Part shown: positions 37,352 to 45,892 of the stretch, one piece after another | Position numbering within the stretch: the stretch's first letter is position 1 | Layout of the letters: the number at the start of each line of letters is the position of its first letter | Assembly: GCA_021846565.1 (NCBI GenBank) | Contig: JAJZWS010000010.1 | Span: forward strand, 508 to 64,507 | Origin: Bacillota bacterium | GTDB lineage: Bacteria; Bacillota; Sulfobacillia; Sulfobacillales; JAIMBI01 | DNA: 64,000 nucleotides | Direction: 5' to 3' | The notes under the pieces: generated by a model | Told to the model about the DNA's origin: nothing | Seen by the model: the letters and a program-made list of their open reading frames with translations, nothing else | Databases searched by the model: none | Position numbers and translations under genes: made by a program

Positions 37352-38056
37352 ATGCTGGTGAGGATCCCGACCGAGGCCCACTACCGGTTCAGCAACCGCT
37401 GGCTTACCGCGACCTGGCATTTTTCGTTCGATCGCTACTTCGATCCGGAACGCGTGAACTTTGGGGCGCTGCGCGCGTACAATCACGACCAGATCGCCCC
37501 GGGCACGGGGTTTCCGACCCACCCCCACCGGGAAATGGAGATTGTCACGGTGGTGTTGGCGGGCGAGCTCACACACGAAGACAGCACGGGGCGCGAGCTC
37601 GTGCTCCACGCCGGAGAGGTCGAAGCCATGACGGCCGGCCGCGGCATCGAGCACGCGGAGCTGAACCGGGGCGTGACGCCCACCGAGTTTATTCAAATCT
37701 GGATCCTGCCGCGAGAGAGCCACCTTACCCCCGCGCACCACCAGAGCCGCCCCGCGCTGGCCGCCGGCTTCACGGTGGTGGCGGCCGACGCGGCAAATGG
37801 GGTCGGATTGCCCATCCATCAAGATGCCCGCGTGGCCTGGGCGCAGTTGGCGCACGGACAGAACGCGGACTGGGTGGTGCGCCCCGGCCACCGCGCGTAT
37901 CTGCATGCCGTCACCGGCGCCGCAACGGTGAGCGGCATCCCCCTCGCGCCCGACGACGCCCTCGAAGCGACGGCGCCGCCTCACGGCCCCCTGACGCTGG
38001 CGGTCGCCTGCCAGGCACCGGGCCACTTCCTGCTGGTGGAGGTGCCCGACCTGTGA
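37352..38056 (+). CDS. Pirin family protein (YhhW-like bicupin)
   Basis: FSNRWLTATWHFSF...GTGFPTHPHREMEIVTVVLAGELTHEDSTG...MTAGRGIEHAE. Start taken at MLVRIPTEA; an alternative ATG lies at 37331. Confidence 0.8.
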   Translation: MLVRIPTEAHYRFSNRWLTATWHFSFDRYFDPERVNFGALRAYNHDQIAPGTGFPTHPHREMEIVTVVLAGELTHEDSTGRELVLHAGEVEAMTAGRGIEHAELNRGVTPTEFIQIWILPRESHLTPAHHQSRPALAAGFTVVAADAANGVGLPIHQDARVAWAQLAHGQNADWVVRPGHRAYLHAVTGAATVSGIPLAPDDALEATAPPHGPLTLAVACQAPGHFLLVEVPDL

Positions 38057-38072
38057 GCGCGGCGCATCGCCC

Positions 38073-39419
38073 ATGAAGGACCCTCGTCTCGACGACCCCA
38101 TCTCGACGATCTATCGCCTGTACAACGGTCGGCACCGCCGCGGGCCGGACGCCCTCGTGCGCCACCCCGAATGGACGGGGCATCTGTTGGACGAGTTGGG
38201 TCGACCCGACGACGCATGTCCGGCCGTCATGATTACCGGCAGCAAGGGCAAAGGGTCGACCGCGTTTTACTTGGCCAGCATTCTGGAAGCGCACGGCCTC
38301 TCGGTGGGATTTTTCTCCAGCCCCCACCTGGTGGACAATCTGGAACGCATCCGCGTCAACCGGCGTGCCATTGGCGTCGATGCCTTCCTCGAGGCTTATC
38401 GGGCCGTGAAACCGGCGCTGGACCGAGTCACGGCCCGGATCCCACCGGATCAGTACCTTGGGCCGGTAGGGGCGTTCGCGGCGCTCGCAGCCTGGCATTT
38501 TCGAGCAGTCGGCGTTGATGTCGCCGTCTACGAAACCGGGCGGGGGGCCCTATTCGACGACGTGGCGGAAGTACACCACACCGGATCCGTCATCACCCGC
38601 ATCCTGTTGGAGCACCGTCACGAATTGGGTCCCACGCTGGGCGACATCGCTTGGCACAAGGCGGGCGTGGTGCGCCCCGAAACCGCGTGGGTGGTGGCGC
38701 CGCGGGATCCCCGCCTGGTCCCGTGGCTGGCGGCGGCCGCTGCCGCGTGGGTGCCGGATGACACGGTATTGGGCCGAGTGTCGCCCGGAGCCGCTGGTGG
38801 CATTCACTTTACCCTTGCCATGCACCGCGGGACCGCCCCGCATGCCGTCTACCTGCCCGCCTGGCCCCGTTTTGCCGTGGCAAACGCCCGCCAAGCGCTG
38901 CGGGCGGCCGAACACTGGCTCGGGCCCCGCTTCTCGATGCCCACCGCGATCGCGGCTTTGGCACACGCCCGGTTTCCGGGCCGGGGCGACCTGTTGCCCA
39001 CCACCCCGCCCATGCTGCTGGACGGCGCCGTCCGCCGCGAGTCGGCCCGCGCCGTCGTGGCCGCGGTGCAGGCAGGCCGCCCCGGCCAGCGCCTCGCGTC
39101 TATCGTCGCGGTTCCCGCCGACAAGGACTGGACGGGTGTGGCTCAGGCGCTGGCGCCCCTGGGGCCCCTGGTCTTTGTCAACGCCCAAAACCCCCGGCTC
39201 ACATTTCCCTCAGCGCCGCAGCGGCGGTTTGCTGGCTCCCGCTGGGCCCCGGACTTCGCGACAGCGTGGCGCTGGGCCAGTGCCTCCCACCCGGACCTGG
39301 TGCTGGCGCTGGGGACGCAGTCGTTTGTGGCGGACGTGCTGTGGTTTTTCGGGTGGGAGGACTCGCTCCTGGACCTGACGCAAGACCCGGACCGCCCGCC
39401 GTCGGCCACCCGGTGCTGA
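38073..39419 (+). CDS. Mur ligase family protein, FolC (folylpolyglutamate/dihydrofolate synthase)-like
   Basis: P-loop ITGSKGKGST, then SSPHLVDNLERIRVN, VYETGRGALFD and ITRILLEHRHELGPTLGDIAWHKAG. The P-loop deviates from the canonical GTNGKGS. Confidence 0.7.
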   Translation: MKDPRLDDPISTIYRLYNGRHRRGPDALVRHPEWTGHLLDELGRPDDACPAVMITGSKGKGSTAFYLASILEAHGLSVGFFSSPHLVDNLERIRVNRRAIGVDAFLEAYRAVKPALDRVTARIPPDQYLGPVGAFAALAAWHFRAVGVDVAVYETGRGALFDDVAEVHHTGSVITRILLEHRHELGPTLGDIAWHKAGVVRPETAWVVAPRDPRLVPWLAAAAAAWVPDDTVLGRVSPGAAGGIHFTLAMHRGTAPHAVYLPAWPRFAVANARQALRAAEHWLGPRFSMPTAIAALAHARFPGRGDLLPTTPPMLLDGAVRRESARAVVAAVQAGRPGQRLASIVAVPADKDWTGVAQALAPLGPLVFVNAQNPRLTFPSAPQRRFAGSRWAPDFATAWRWASASHPDLVLALGTQSFVADVLWFFGWEDSLLDLTQDPDRPPSATRC

Positions 39420-39430
39420 GGCTTGGCGTA

Positions 39431-39455
39431 CCGACGGGGCGCCCGCGCCCGTCGG
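39431..39455 (+). terminator. GC-rich hairpin after the FolC-like gene (weak U-tract)
   Basis: CCGACGGG (39431-38) pairs with CCCGTCGG (39448-55) across a 9-nt loop, followed by GTTCATCG. Confidence 0.3.
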
Positions 39456-39567
39456 GTTCATCGAATCCGCAGGATACATCGGGTACAATGGGTCGGGCCG
39501 GACCGTCCGCAGCGCCGCGGCTCGGGCGTCCAGACTATCCTAACGCAAGTAAGGCAGGTGCTGTGGG

Positions 39568-40269
39568 TTGAGAACCCGACGAAAGGTTGACGGCCACTTT
39601 GTGGCGCTGGCTCTCAGCGGGTTGCTGCTGGCCGCATGCGGGTCGACGGTGACCCACGCCGGGGCCCATCATCCGAAGACGACGCCGTCGAAGGCGCCCG
39701 CGACCACCGGCCGCGTAACGCACTTTTCCTCGCCGCCACCGACGGTCATCCAGACGGGGCGGCAGTACACCGCCGCCGTCAAGACCAGTTTGGGCACCTT
39801 TGTGATTCACCTTTTCGCCAAGCGGGACCCGACGGCCGTGAACAACTTTGTCTTTTTGGCCGATCATAAGTTTTTCAATACGGAGCGGATCTTCCGCGTG
39901 CTGAAGTCCTTTGTGTTTCAGACCGGCGACCCCGAGAACACGGGGGTGGGCGGTCCTGGCTACGGGATTCCTGCGGAGCTCCCCATCACGGTGCCGTACG
40001 CGCCGGGGGTCGTGGCGTACGCGCACACCGCCACCTCCAACGACTATGGCAGCCAGTTCTTTGTCTGCACGGGCAGCAGTAGCCGTCAGCTGAACTCGAC
40101 CCCCACCTACACCGAAATTGGGCAGGTGACGTCCGGCATGAGCGTGGTGGACAAGATTGCGGCGGTGCCGGTCAAGGTCAACCCCATCACCCAGGAAGAC
40201 TCGATGCCGGTCTCCCCGGTGACGATTTCGAGCGTGACAATTTCAAGCCAGCCCGCGTCCGGCTCCTGA
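39568..40269 (+). CDS. Cyclophilin-type peptidyl-prolyl cis-trans isomerase, lipoprotein
   Basis: Lipobox LLLAAC, then FHRVL-like RIFRVLKSFVFQTGDPENTGVGGPGY...SQFFV. Confidence 0.85.
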   Translation: MRTRRKVDGHFVALALSGLLLAACGSTVTHAGAHHPKTTPSKAPATTGRVTHFSSPPPTVIQTGRQYTAAVKTSLGTFVIHLFAKRDPTAVNNFVFLADHKFFNTERIFRVLKSFVFQTGDPENTGVGGPGYGIPAELPITVPYAPGVVAYAHTATSNDYGSQFFVCTGSSSRQLNSTPTYTEIGQVTSGMSVVDKIAAVPVKVNPITQEDSMPVSPVTISSVTISSQPASGS

Positions 40270-41441
40270 TGGCCGCTGTCGGCATGAACGCGGCCAGACG
40301 CTCGCCACTGGTGCTGTTGTCGGTCGCTCATTTTTGGAACGACGCCTACAGCACCATTTACCCGGCGCTGGTGCCGCTCTTCATGGGCCTCTTGCACTGG
40401 TCAGTAACGGCTGCCGCTCTCGTGGGCGCCATTGGGAGCATCATGCAGGGCTCGCAGCCGTTTCTGGGCCGGATGGTGGACGCGCGGCCGAGCCGGCGGT
40501 ACACGGGCGCGGCGCTGCTGGTGGTGTCGGCCACGGCCCTCTTCGAGCCGTTCAGCCGCAACTACACCCTGTTCGTCGTGCTTCTGCTGGTGGGCACCGC
40601 GGCCAGCTCGCTGTTTCACCCGACGTCCCTGGCCCTGGTGGGCCAAGGCGAGCCAGCGAGCCGCGGCAAGCGGCTGGCCACGTTCCTGGTATCGGGCAAC
40701 GTGGGCCGTGCCCTCGGCCCCTTGCTGGCGAGCGCCTTGGCCGCCATCATCGGCAGCATTGGCGGCGTGTCCTTGTTGGCGCTGCCCGGTCTGGCGTTGG
40801 GGGTGTATGCCCTGACGGCCGTACCCGCGGCGGTGACGTCCGCCCGATCCCAGGGCGATCCGGCGATCCTGCACCTCATGGTGAGCCGAGCGCGGCGCCT
40901 CGCCATTCTTCTAGGATTGTCCGGCTCCCGCGCCCTGGTGACGTTTGCGCTGGTGGCTCTGTTGCCCGTGTGGTTTCGCTCGCGCGGGGGTACGGCACTG
41001 GAAAGCTCCCTGTACCTGGGCGTCCTGCTTTTCGTGGGGTCTCTGGGCAACGGCATCGGAGGGGCGTTGGCGGACAGATTTCCGCGGCGGTTCATCCTGA
41101 TGGCCGCCGCCCTGGGATCGGCCCTCGCGCTCACGCTGTTCACGGCCAGCACGGGGATTGTGGCCATCTTGCTGGTGGCGGTGGTAGGCCTCTTTAGCCA
41201 ATCCACGACGTCGGTGACGATGGTCATGGGCCAGGAACTGTTTCCGGAAAGCCGCGGCATGGCGTCGGGCATCGCCTTGGGCCTGGGCAATGCGCTGGGG
41301 GCGCTGGGTGTGGCGGGCTTGTCGCTGGTGGCCGGGACCTACGGCATCCCGGCTGCCCTCTATGCCACGGCCGCCCTGGCGCTGGTGGGCATTCCCCTGG
41401 CGCTGCTGTACCGCGAACAGCACCTCGCCGCAGCCGCCTAA
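40269..41441 (+). CDS. MFS transporter
   Basis: 390 aa with a 12-TM profile. The ATG overlaps the PPIase stop (TGATG). Confidence 0.75.
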   Translation: MAAVGMNAARRSPLVLLSVAHFWNDAYSTIYPALVPLFMGLLHWSVTAAALVGAIGSIMQGSQPFLGRMVDARPSRRYTGAALLVVSATALFEPFSRNYTLFVVLLLVGTAASSLFHPTSLALVGQGEPASRGKRLATFLVSGNVGRALGPLLASALAAIIGSIGGVSLLALPGLALGVYALTAVPAAVTSARSQGDPAILHLMVSRARRLAILLGLSGSRALVTFALVALLPVWFRSRGGTALESSLYLGVLLFVGSLGNGIGGALADRFPRRFILMAAALGSALALTLFTASTGIVAILLVAVVGLFSQSTTSVTMVMGQELFPESRGMASGIALGLGNALGALGVAGLSLVAGTYGIPAALYATAALALVGIPLALLYREQHLAAAA

Positions 41442-41452
41442 TGGGCCAGAGC

Positions 41453-41482
41453 CCGCTCCCGACGCGGCCCGGAGCGGACTTT
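41453..41482 (+). terminator. Hairpin just after the MFS stop
   Basis: CCGCTCC (41453-59) pairs with GGAGCGG (41471-77) across an 11-nt loop, followed by ACTTTG. Confidence 0.3.
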
Positions 41483-41519
41483 GCCCGCCGCCGTGCACCT
41501 TACCCATGAAGGGGAGTGC

Positions 41520-41666
41520 ATGACGAATCCCACCAGCGGCGAGCTCAGGGCCAGCATAGATGACAAGGTATCGGCAGGGGTCGAACCGGTTGCGCAATTT
41601 CTTTTCCGACACCGGCAGTTGGTCCGCCGCCGAGATGTGGCCCTGGAGACGCTCCGGCGCTTGTAG
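41520..41666 (+). CDS. Possible small ORF (48 aa), unknown function
   Basis: ATG 4 nt after GAAGGGGAG. Reads MTNPTSGELRASIDDKVSAGVEPVAQFLFRHRQLVRRRDVALETLRRL. An equally plausible antisense reading exists, so support is weak. Confidence 0.25.
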   Translation: MTNPTSGELRASIDDKVSAGVEPVAQFLFRHRQLVRRRDVALETLRRL

Positions 41667-42346
41667 GAACGTCGCCGGCGCGAAAGGCTGCCATGGGAGC
41701 TGACGGTTGCGGGTGGCACACCAGCTCGCCCTCGACGCCCGCCGTCGCGCGGACAACCTCCCCGACGATGAGCAGCGGCTGCGGGAGTGGGTCTGGGAGG
41801 CCCCGGCCCGGGATGCGTCCCACCACGCGGATCGGCCGTGCTGGTCCCTGGAGCCTCCCCGACTGCGACGCCCGCTCCCCCAGGGCGGCCTGGTTGGTCG
41901 GAGCCGCCGCGGCGCTGCTGGTTCGCGTCGTGCCTGGCGTGGGCCGGGTGGGCGTGGCCCCCACGCCGGTGGCGAGGCCGCCCGTGCGCGTTTCGGATCG
42001 CCAGCCCCAAGGCCTTTCCTGCGACGAGGACTTTTTCTTTGGCACCCGGTCACGACATCTTGGCAGTCGAATACTCCATCGTGGCGGGCATTCGGCCAGC
42101 GGTGTCTAGAGCGATCCGATGGGCGTCAACACGCCTTCGGGCCCGTCGTCGACGGGGAGCGTCCTGAGCTTTCCCACCACCATCCCTGAGGCCCACACGA
42201 AACCGTTCGAACCGGGCGTCATCCCGGCGCCGTACACCCCTGGCGCGTGACGAGGACGGCATAGCGCGGCCGGCTCGTGACTCGCGCCAAAGCAGGGGCT
42301 CCACCGCCTCTACGGCGGCGGAGCCCCCTCATCGGCTTCTCCAGGG

Positions 42347-43672
42347 TTATGCCCCCTTCTGGGTCGCGGCCTCTTCGCCCGAGGCTTGCTGAATGGTGAG
42401 GCCGAGACCTGTCTCGCGCCCCCACACCAGCCAGGCAATCGCGGCCAAGAGACCCACGCCCCACACCTCGGCGTTGAACGAGATGTACTGCTGAGCGCCC
42501 ATGTGCGCTACGATGTAGATGCTGGGGATGTAAAGACCAATGGAAACAAAGCGGGCAATGGCCGTCATGGTGCCCCGCTGCAGCGTGGGCCACACTTCGG
42601 CCTTCAGCACGTCGGACGTCAGATAGCACAGTGAGTTGAAGCCCGCCAGAATAATCAGCAGCACCCAGAACAGCGTCATGTCCTTCTGCCATGCGGACGT
42701 GGTCAGGGCCACCACGACGGTCACCGCAAACGTGCCAAGAAACGTCCAGAACAAGAACTTCTTGCGCGACACCCGGTCGGCAATGAGCGCCAGGAAGCCC
42801 ACGACAAAGCCCGCGCCCTCGAAAATCAAGAGGATCGTGGGCTGGAGATGGGGAAAGAACGCAAAGGCCAGCGCGTAGGCCATGAGGCCAAAGCCGATGG
42901 TGTTGGCCGCCGCGATGAGGATCATGACGACCATGGTGAAAAACATGTATCCCCCGGTCGTTTGGTGGGTCGGCGGCGGCGGCGTGAGGTCCACCTCGCT
43001 TTTCCACGCGCTGCCGTAGTACTGCGCCACGGTGGCTTCCGCCTCAGCGGTGCGCCCTTTCTTTTGGAGCCACAGGAAGGATTCGGGCATGCTGACCCGG
43101 GTGGCAAACAGCACGGCCACGACCACCAGCACGGCCACCGCCACCGCGTCGCGCTGTTCCGCGATGGCGGCGGTGCCCGACAGGGCGGCCGTGGCCAGCG
43201 CCACGATGGCCAGCACCATCCCGCCGAAGTTGATTCCATTGATGATCAGCATGGTGGCCTTGCCCCGGTGCCGCCGCGGCATCAGCTCGTGGCTGGCCAC
43301 CATGATGGAGTTCATCTCGCCGCCCCCGGCCACGAGCATGGCCGCCAGCGCGACCAGCAACAGCAGGTACGACGTGGCGAAAAAGAGGATGATGCCGCCC
43401 ACGGCATACAGGACCAGGGTGAGATACAGTGTCACCTTCCGCCCGTACTTGTCGGAGAAGGGGCCGGCCGCGCCAATTCCGACGATGAGCCAGATCGGCG
43501 CCCAAGCCAGCAGGAGCTCGCCCAGGGTCTTGGGAATGGCGACCCAGCCCACCGCGATCGAGGCGAGCGAAAACACATACGATTCCAGGGCCAAGCCCAG
43601 TGCAAACGAAATGAACATCCAGGTAGTTCGGTTGTTCCACCGGGCACCGCTCAAGCGCTCCACACTTGCCAC
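42347..43672 (-). CDS. MFS transporter (sugar-porter/metabolite:H+ symporter-like)
   Basis: GPFSDKYGRK loop motif and a 12-TM profile. Start placed at GTG 8 nt after GGGAGG. Confidence 0.75.
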   Translation of the reverse strand: MASVERLSGARWNNRTTWMFISFALGLALESYVFSLASIAVGWVAIPKTLGELLLAWAPIWLIVGIGAAGPFSDKYGRKVTLYLTLVLYAVGGIILFFATSYLLLLVALAAMLVAGGGEMNSIMVASHELMPRRHRGKATMLIINGINFGGMVLAIVALATAALSGTAAIAEQRDAVAVAVLVVVAVLFATRVSMPESFLWLQKKGRTAEAEATVAQYYGSAWKSEVDLTPPPPTHQTTGGYMFFTMVVMILIAAANTIGFGLMAYALAFAFFPHLQPTILLIFEGAGFVVGFLALIADRVSRKKFLFWTFLGTFAVTVVVALTTSAWQKDMTLFWVLLIILAGFNSLCYLTSDVLKAEVWPTLQRGTMTAIARFVSIGLYIPSIYIVAHMGAQQYISFNAEVWGVGLLAAIAWLVWGRETGLGLTIQQASGEEAATQKGA

Positions 43673-43806
43673 ATCACATACCTCCCGCCGCGAGTGTATC
43701 ACCGAACCTTCATAGAGTTCACAGTATTAGACGGCTCGGCTAGAATCGATCGCGAGAATGCTGAGGCGGCTGCGCGCTGTCGAAAACCATGAAGGCAGGT
43801 GGGTGG

Positions 43807-44646
43807 ATGCGCATCGTGATTTCGGTCGACATGGAGGGGATTGGGGGAATCGTCGACCGGGTTCAGCTCATGCCCGGGGAGCGGCTGTACCAGGAAAGTC
43901 GAAAGTACATGGTGGCGGAAATGAAAACGGTCGTTCGCTCAGTTTGGGCCCACGGCGCGACCGAGGTGGTGGTCAACGACTCGCACGACGGCATGCTGAA
44001 CCTGGGCTGGTCCGAGCTGGAGGACCTGCCCCGGGGGACTCAGCTCATCTCCGGCACCGGCAAGCGACTGTCCATGGGTCAAGGGTTCCCGGGCAGCGGG
44101 GCCGTTATGTTTGTCGGGTACCACGCGCGCGCCGGTACGGCTCACGCGATCATGGACCACACGTACAGTGGCGACATCCACCACCTGACGTTAAATGGAC
44201 AAGAAGTCGGCGAAACCGGGCTCAATGCCTACCTGGCCGGATTTTACGGGGTACCGGTGGCGCTCGTGACCGGCGACCAGGCGCTGGTGGCCGAGGCACG
44301 GGCCCTGCTGCCGGACGTGGAGGCGGTCACCACCAAAGAAGCCTTGGGCCGCCGGTCCGCCGTGCTGCCGTCCCCGGCCGAGCTGGCGGACCAGCTTGAC
44401 GCGGCGGCCGGACGTGCCATGGACCGCTTAACCGCCGGCCGCGGCCCGTCTCCTGTGGTGCTGGCGGGTCCCATCGACCTGGAGGTGGGCTTCATGACCA
44501 CCCAGGCCGCCGACACCGCCCTCTTGATGCCCGGGACCCACCGCGTGGATGGCCGCACGGTGGCCGCCACCCTGCCGACCGTCGAAGCGGCGTTCTTCGC
44601 GTTTCGGGCTCTGTTGGTGCTGGGCGGTGGCACGCCTCTGTACTAG
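43807..44646 (+). CDS. M55 family D-aminopeptidase (DppA-like)
   Basis: MRIVISVDMEGIGGIV...VVVNDSHDGMLNL...FVGYHARAG, the characteristic M55 N-terminal half. Confidence 0.8.
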   Translation: MRIVISVDMEGIGGIVDRVQLMPGERLYQESRKYMVAEMKTVVRSVWAHGATEVVVNDSHDGMLNLGWSELEDLPRGTQLISGTGKRLSMGQGFPGSGAVMFVGYHARAGTAHAIMDHTYSGDIHHLTLNGQEVGETGLNAYLAGFYGVPVALVTGDQALVAEARALLPDVEAVTTKEALGRRSAVLPSPAELADQLDAAAGRAMDRLTAGRGPSPVVLAGPIDLEVGFMTTQAADTALLMPGTHRVDGRTVAATLPTVEAAFFAFRALLVLGGGTPLY

Positions 44647-44769
44647 GGCTCGCCGCCAGGCGGTGGGCGCCGGGCCGCAGGGTCTCTTGGTCTTTTCGCC
44701 AGCAATTCTCCGTACGGATTGTGTGGCGCGTGTTACGGTTGTGTTAAGATAATTTGAAAGGCTCCCAAG

Positions 44770-44829
44770 GCGCGGTAGCTCAGCGGGTCGTTTTCTGCTG
44801 AGACGCCGCCGCGTTGTGTTCGTCTTGTT
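44770..44829 (+). terminator. Interrupted hairpin followed by a T-rich tract (terminator of the dppA-like unit, or leader attenuator of the downstream operon)
   Basis: CGCGG..CTCAGC (44771-86) pairs with GCTGAG..CCGCG (44797-813), followed by TTGTGTTCGTCTTGTT. Confidence 0.35.
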
Positions 44830-44886
44830 CACTGTCATCGATTCCCTCGGCCCGTCTGACAACTATCTGAGAGAGGTGAAGACACA

Positions 44887-45819
44887 TTGGCCGTTCGCAT
44901 CCTCGCCGACCCCACCCCTCCCATCACGACGCTGGACCAAGCGGACCGCCAGGCCGGATTAGCCCTGGGCAGGAAGGCTCGCGAGTTGTCGCGCCTCTTG
45001 CACGCGGGCTACCCCGTGCCCCCAGGCTTCGTGGCCACCCCGGCAGCCTTCTTGGTGTTTGCCGCCGCTAATGACGTGACCGGCGACTCCCCCAGCCAGG
45101 TCACCGCCATTGGGGCGGGCCAGATGCCGCCGTCCCTGATGACGGCCTTCGCCACGGCCTACGCCCAACTCGGCGCCGGCAGCCCCCCGGTGGCGGTGCG
45201 ATCGTCCTGTGCCCTGGAAGACTTGGCGGACAGCTCGTTCGCCGGCCAGTACGACACGGTCCTGGGCGTCGTGGGCGTCGACGGGGTGGCCGCCGCCATC
45301 AAAACGTGCTGGGCATCGGCGGTGGCGCCGCACGTGCAAAGCTACGCCGAGCACCACGGCTTTGCGGCCACGGTGGATCAGATGAGCGTGCTGGTGCAGC
45401 GGTTGGTGGTCGCCGAGGCCGCGGGCGTGGCGTTTGGGGTCGACCCCGTCACAGGGGACGCCTCGCGCCTCGTCATCAACGCCAGTTGGGGGTTGGGCGA
45501 GTCGGTCGTGGCGGGGACCGTCATTCCCGACACCCACACGGTCGACTGGCGCACACGCCAGGTGGCCACCGACCTGGGCGACAAGCACGAAAAGCTGGTG
45601 TTTGACGGCGACACGGTGGTAGCCCGGCCGACCACCCCGCACGAGCGTGCGGTGCCGGCCCTGTCCGCCCCCGCGGTCCAACAAGTGGCGGACCTAGTCG
45701 CGCGCCTGCAAGCGGACTACGGGCACCCCTTGGACGTGGAGTTTGCCTGGGCCGACGACCACCTGTACCTGCTGCAGGTGCGTCCCATCACAGCCCTGGC
45801 GGCGTCCGTCGGCCCGTGA
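44887..45819 (+). CDS. PEP/pyruvate-binding (PPDK_N, ATP-grasp) domain protein: N-terminal module of a rifampicin-phosphotransferase/PEP-synthase-like enzyme
   Basis: TTG start after GAGAGAGGTGAAG. GYPVPPGFV, AVRSSCALEDLADSSFAGQYDTVLGV, and it ends ...DVEFAWADDHLYLLQVRPITAL. Confidence 0.8.
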   Translation: MAVRILADPTPPITTLDQADRQAGLALGRKARELSRLLHAGYPVPPGFVATPAAFLVFAAANDVTGDSPSQVTAIGAGQMPPSLMTAFATAYAQLGAGSPPVAVRSSCALEDLADSSFAGQYDTVLGVVGVDGVAAAIKTCWASAVAPHVQSYAEHHGFAATVDQMSVLVQRLVVAEAAGVAFGVDPVTGDASRLVINASWGLGESVVAGTVIPDTHTVDWRTRQVATDLGDKHEKLVFDGDTVVARPTTPHERAVPALSAPAVQQVADLVARLQADYGHPLDVEFAWADDHLYLLQVRPITALAASVGP

Positions 45820-45892
45820 TGCGCGTCCCCATCGGCCCACCCAGCCCCTCCTCCCTTCACCATTCACCACTCGTAGGAAGAATGAAGGAGGA

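Noticed and set aside
36404-38101. 565-aa minus-strand ORF
   Set aside because: It is antisense to the well-supported pirin gene and to ORF 36710..37108. Its composition is R/G/H-rich with no motifs.
41468-41485. Minus-strand GGCAAAGTCCGCTCCGGG, reminiscent of the RNase P RNA P4 motif (GGAAAGTCCGGGCTCC)
   Set aside because: The rest of an RNase P RNA would have to overlap the MFS coding region, and no other conserved RNase P elements are seen. The string is the 3' arm of a hairpin after the MFS stop.
44769-44812. tRNA-like string GCGCGGTAGCTCAGCGGG
   Set aside because: It resembles an acceptor stem plus D-arm start, but no matching D-stem 3' half, anticodon arm or GTTCGAATC-type T-arm follows. 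It folds better as a simple hairpin with a T-rich tail.
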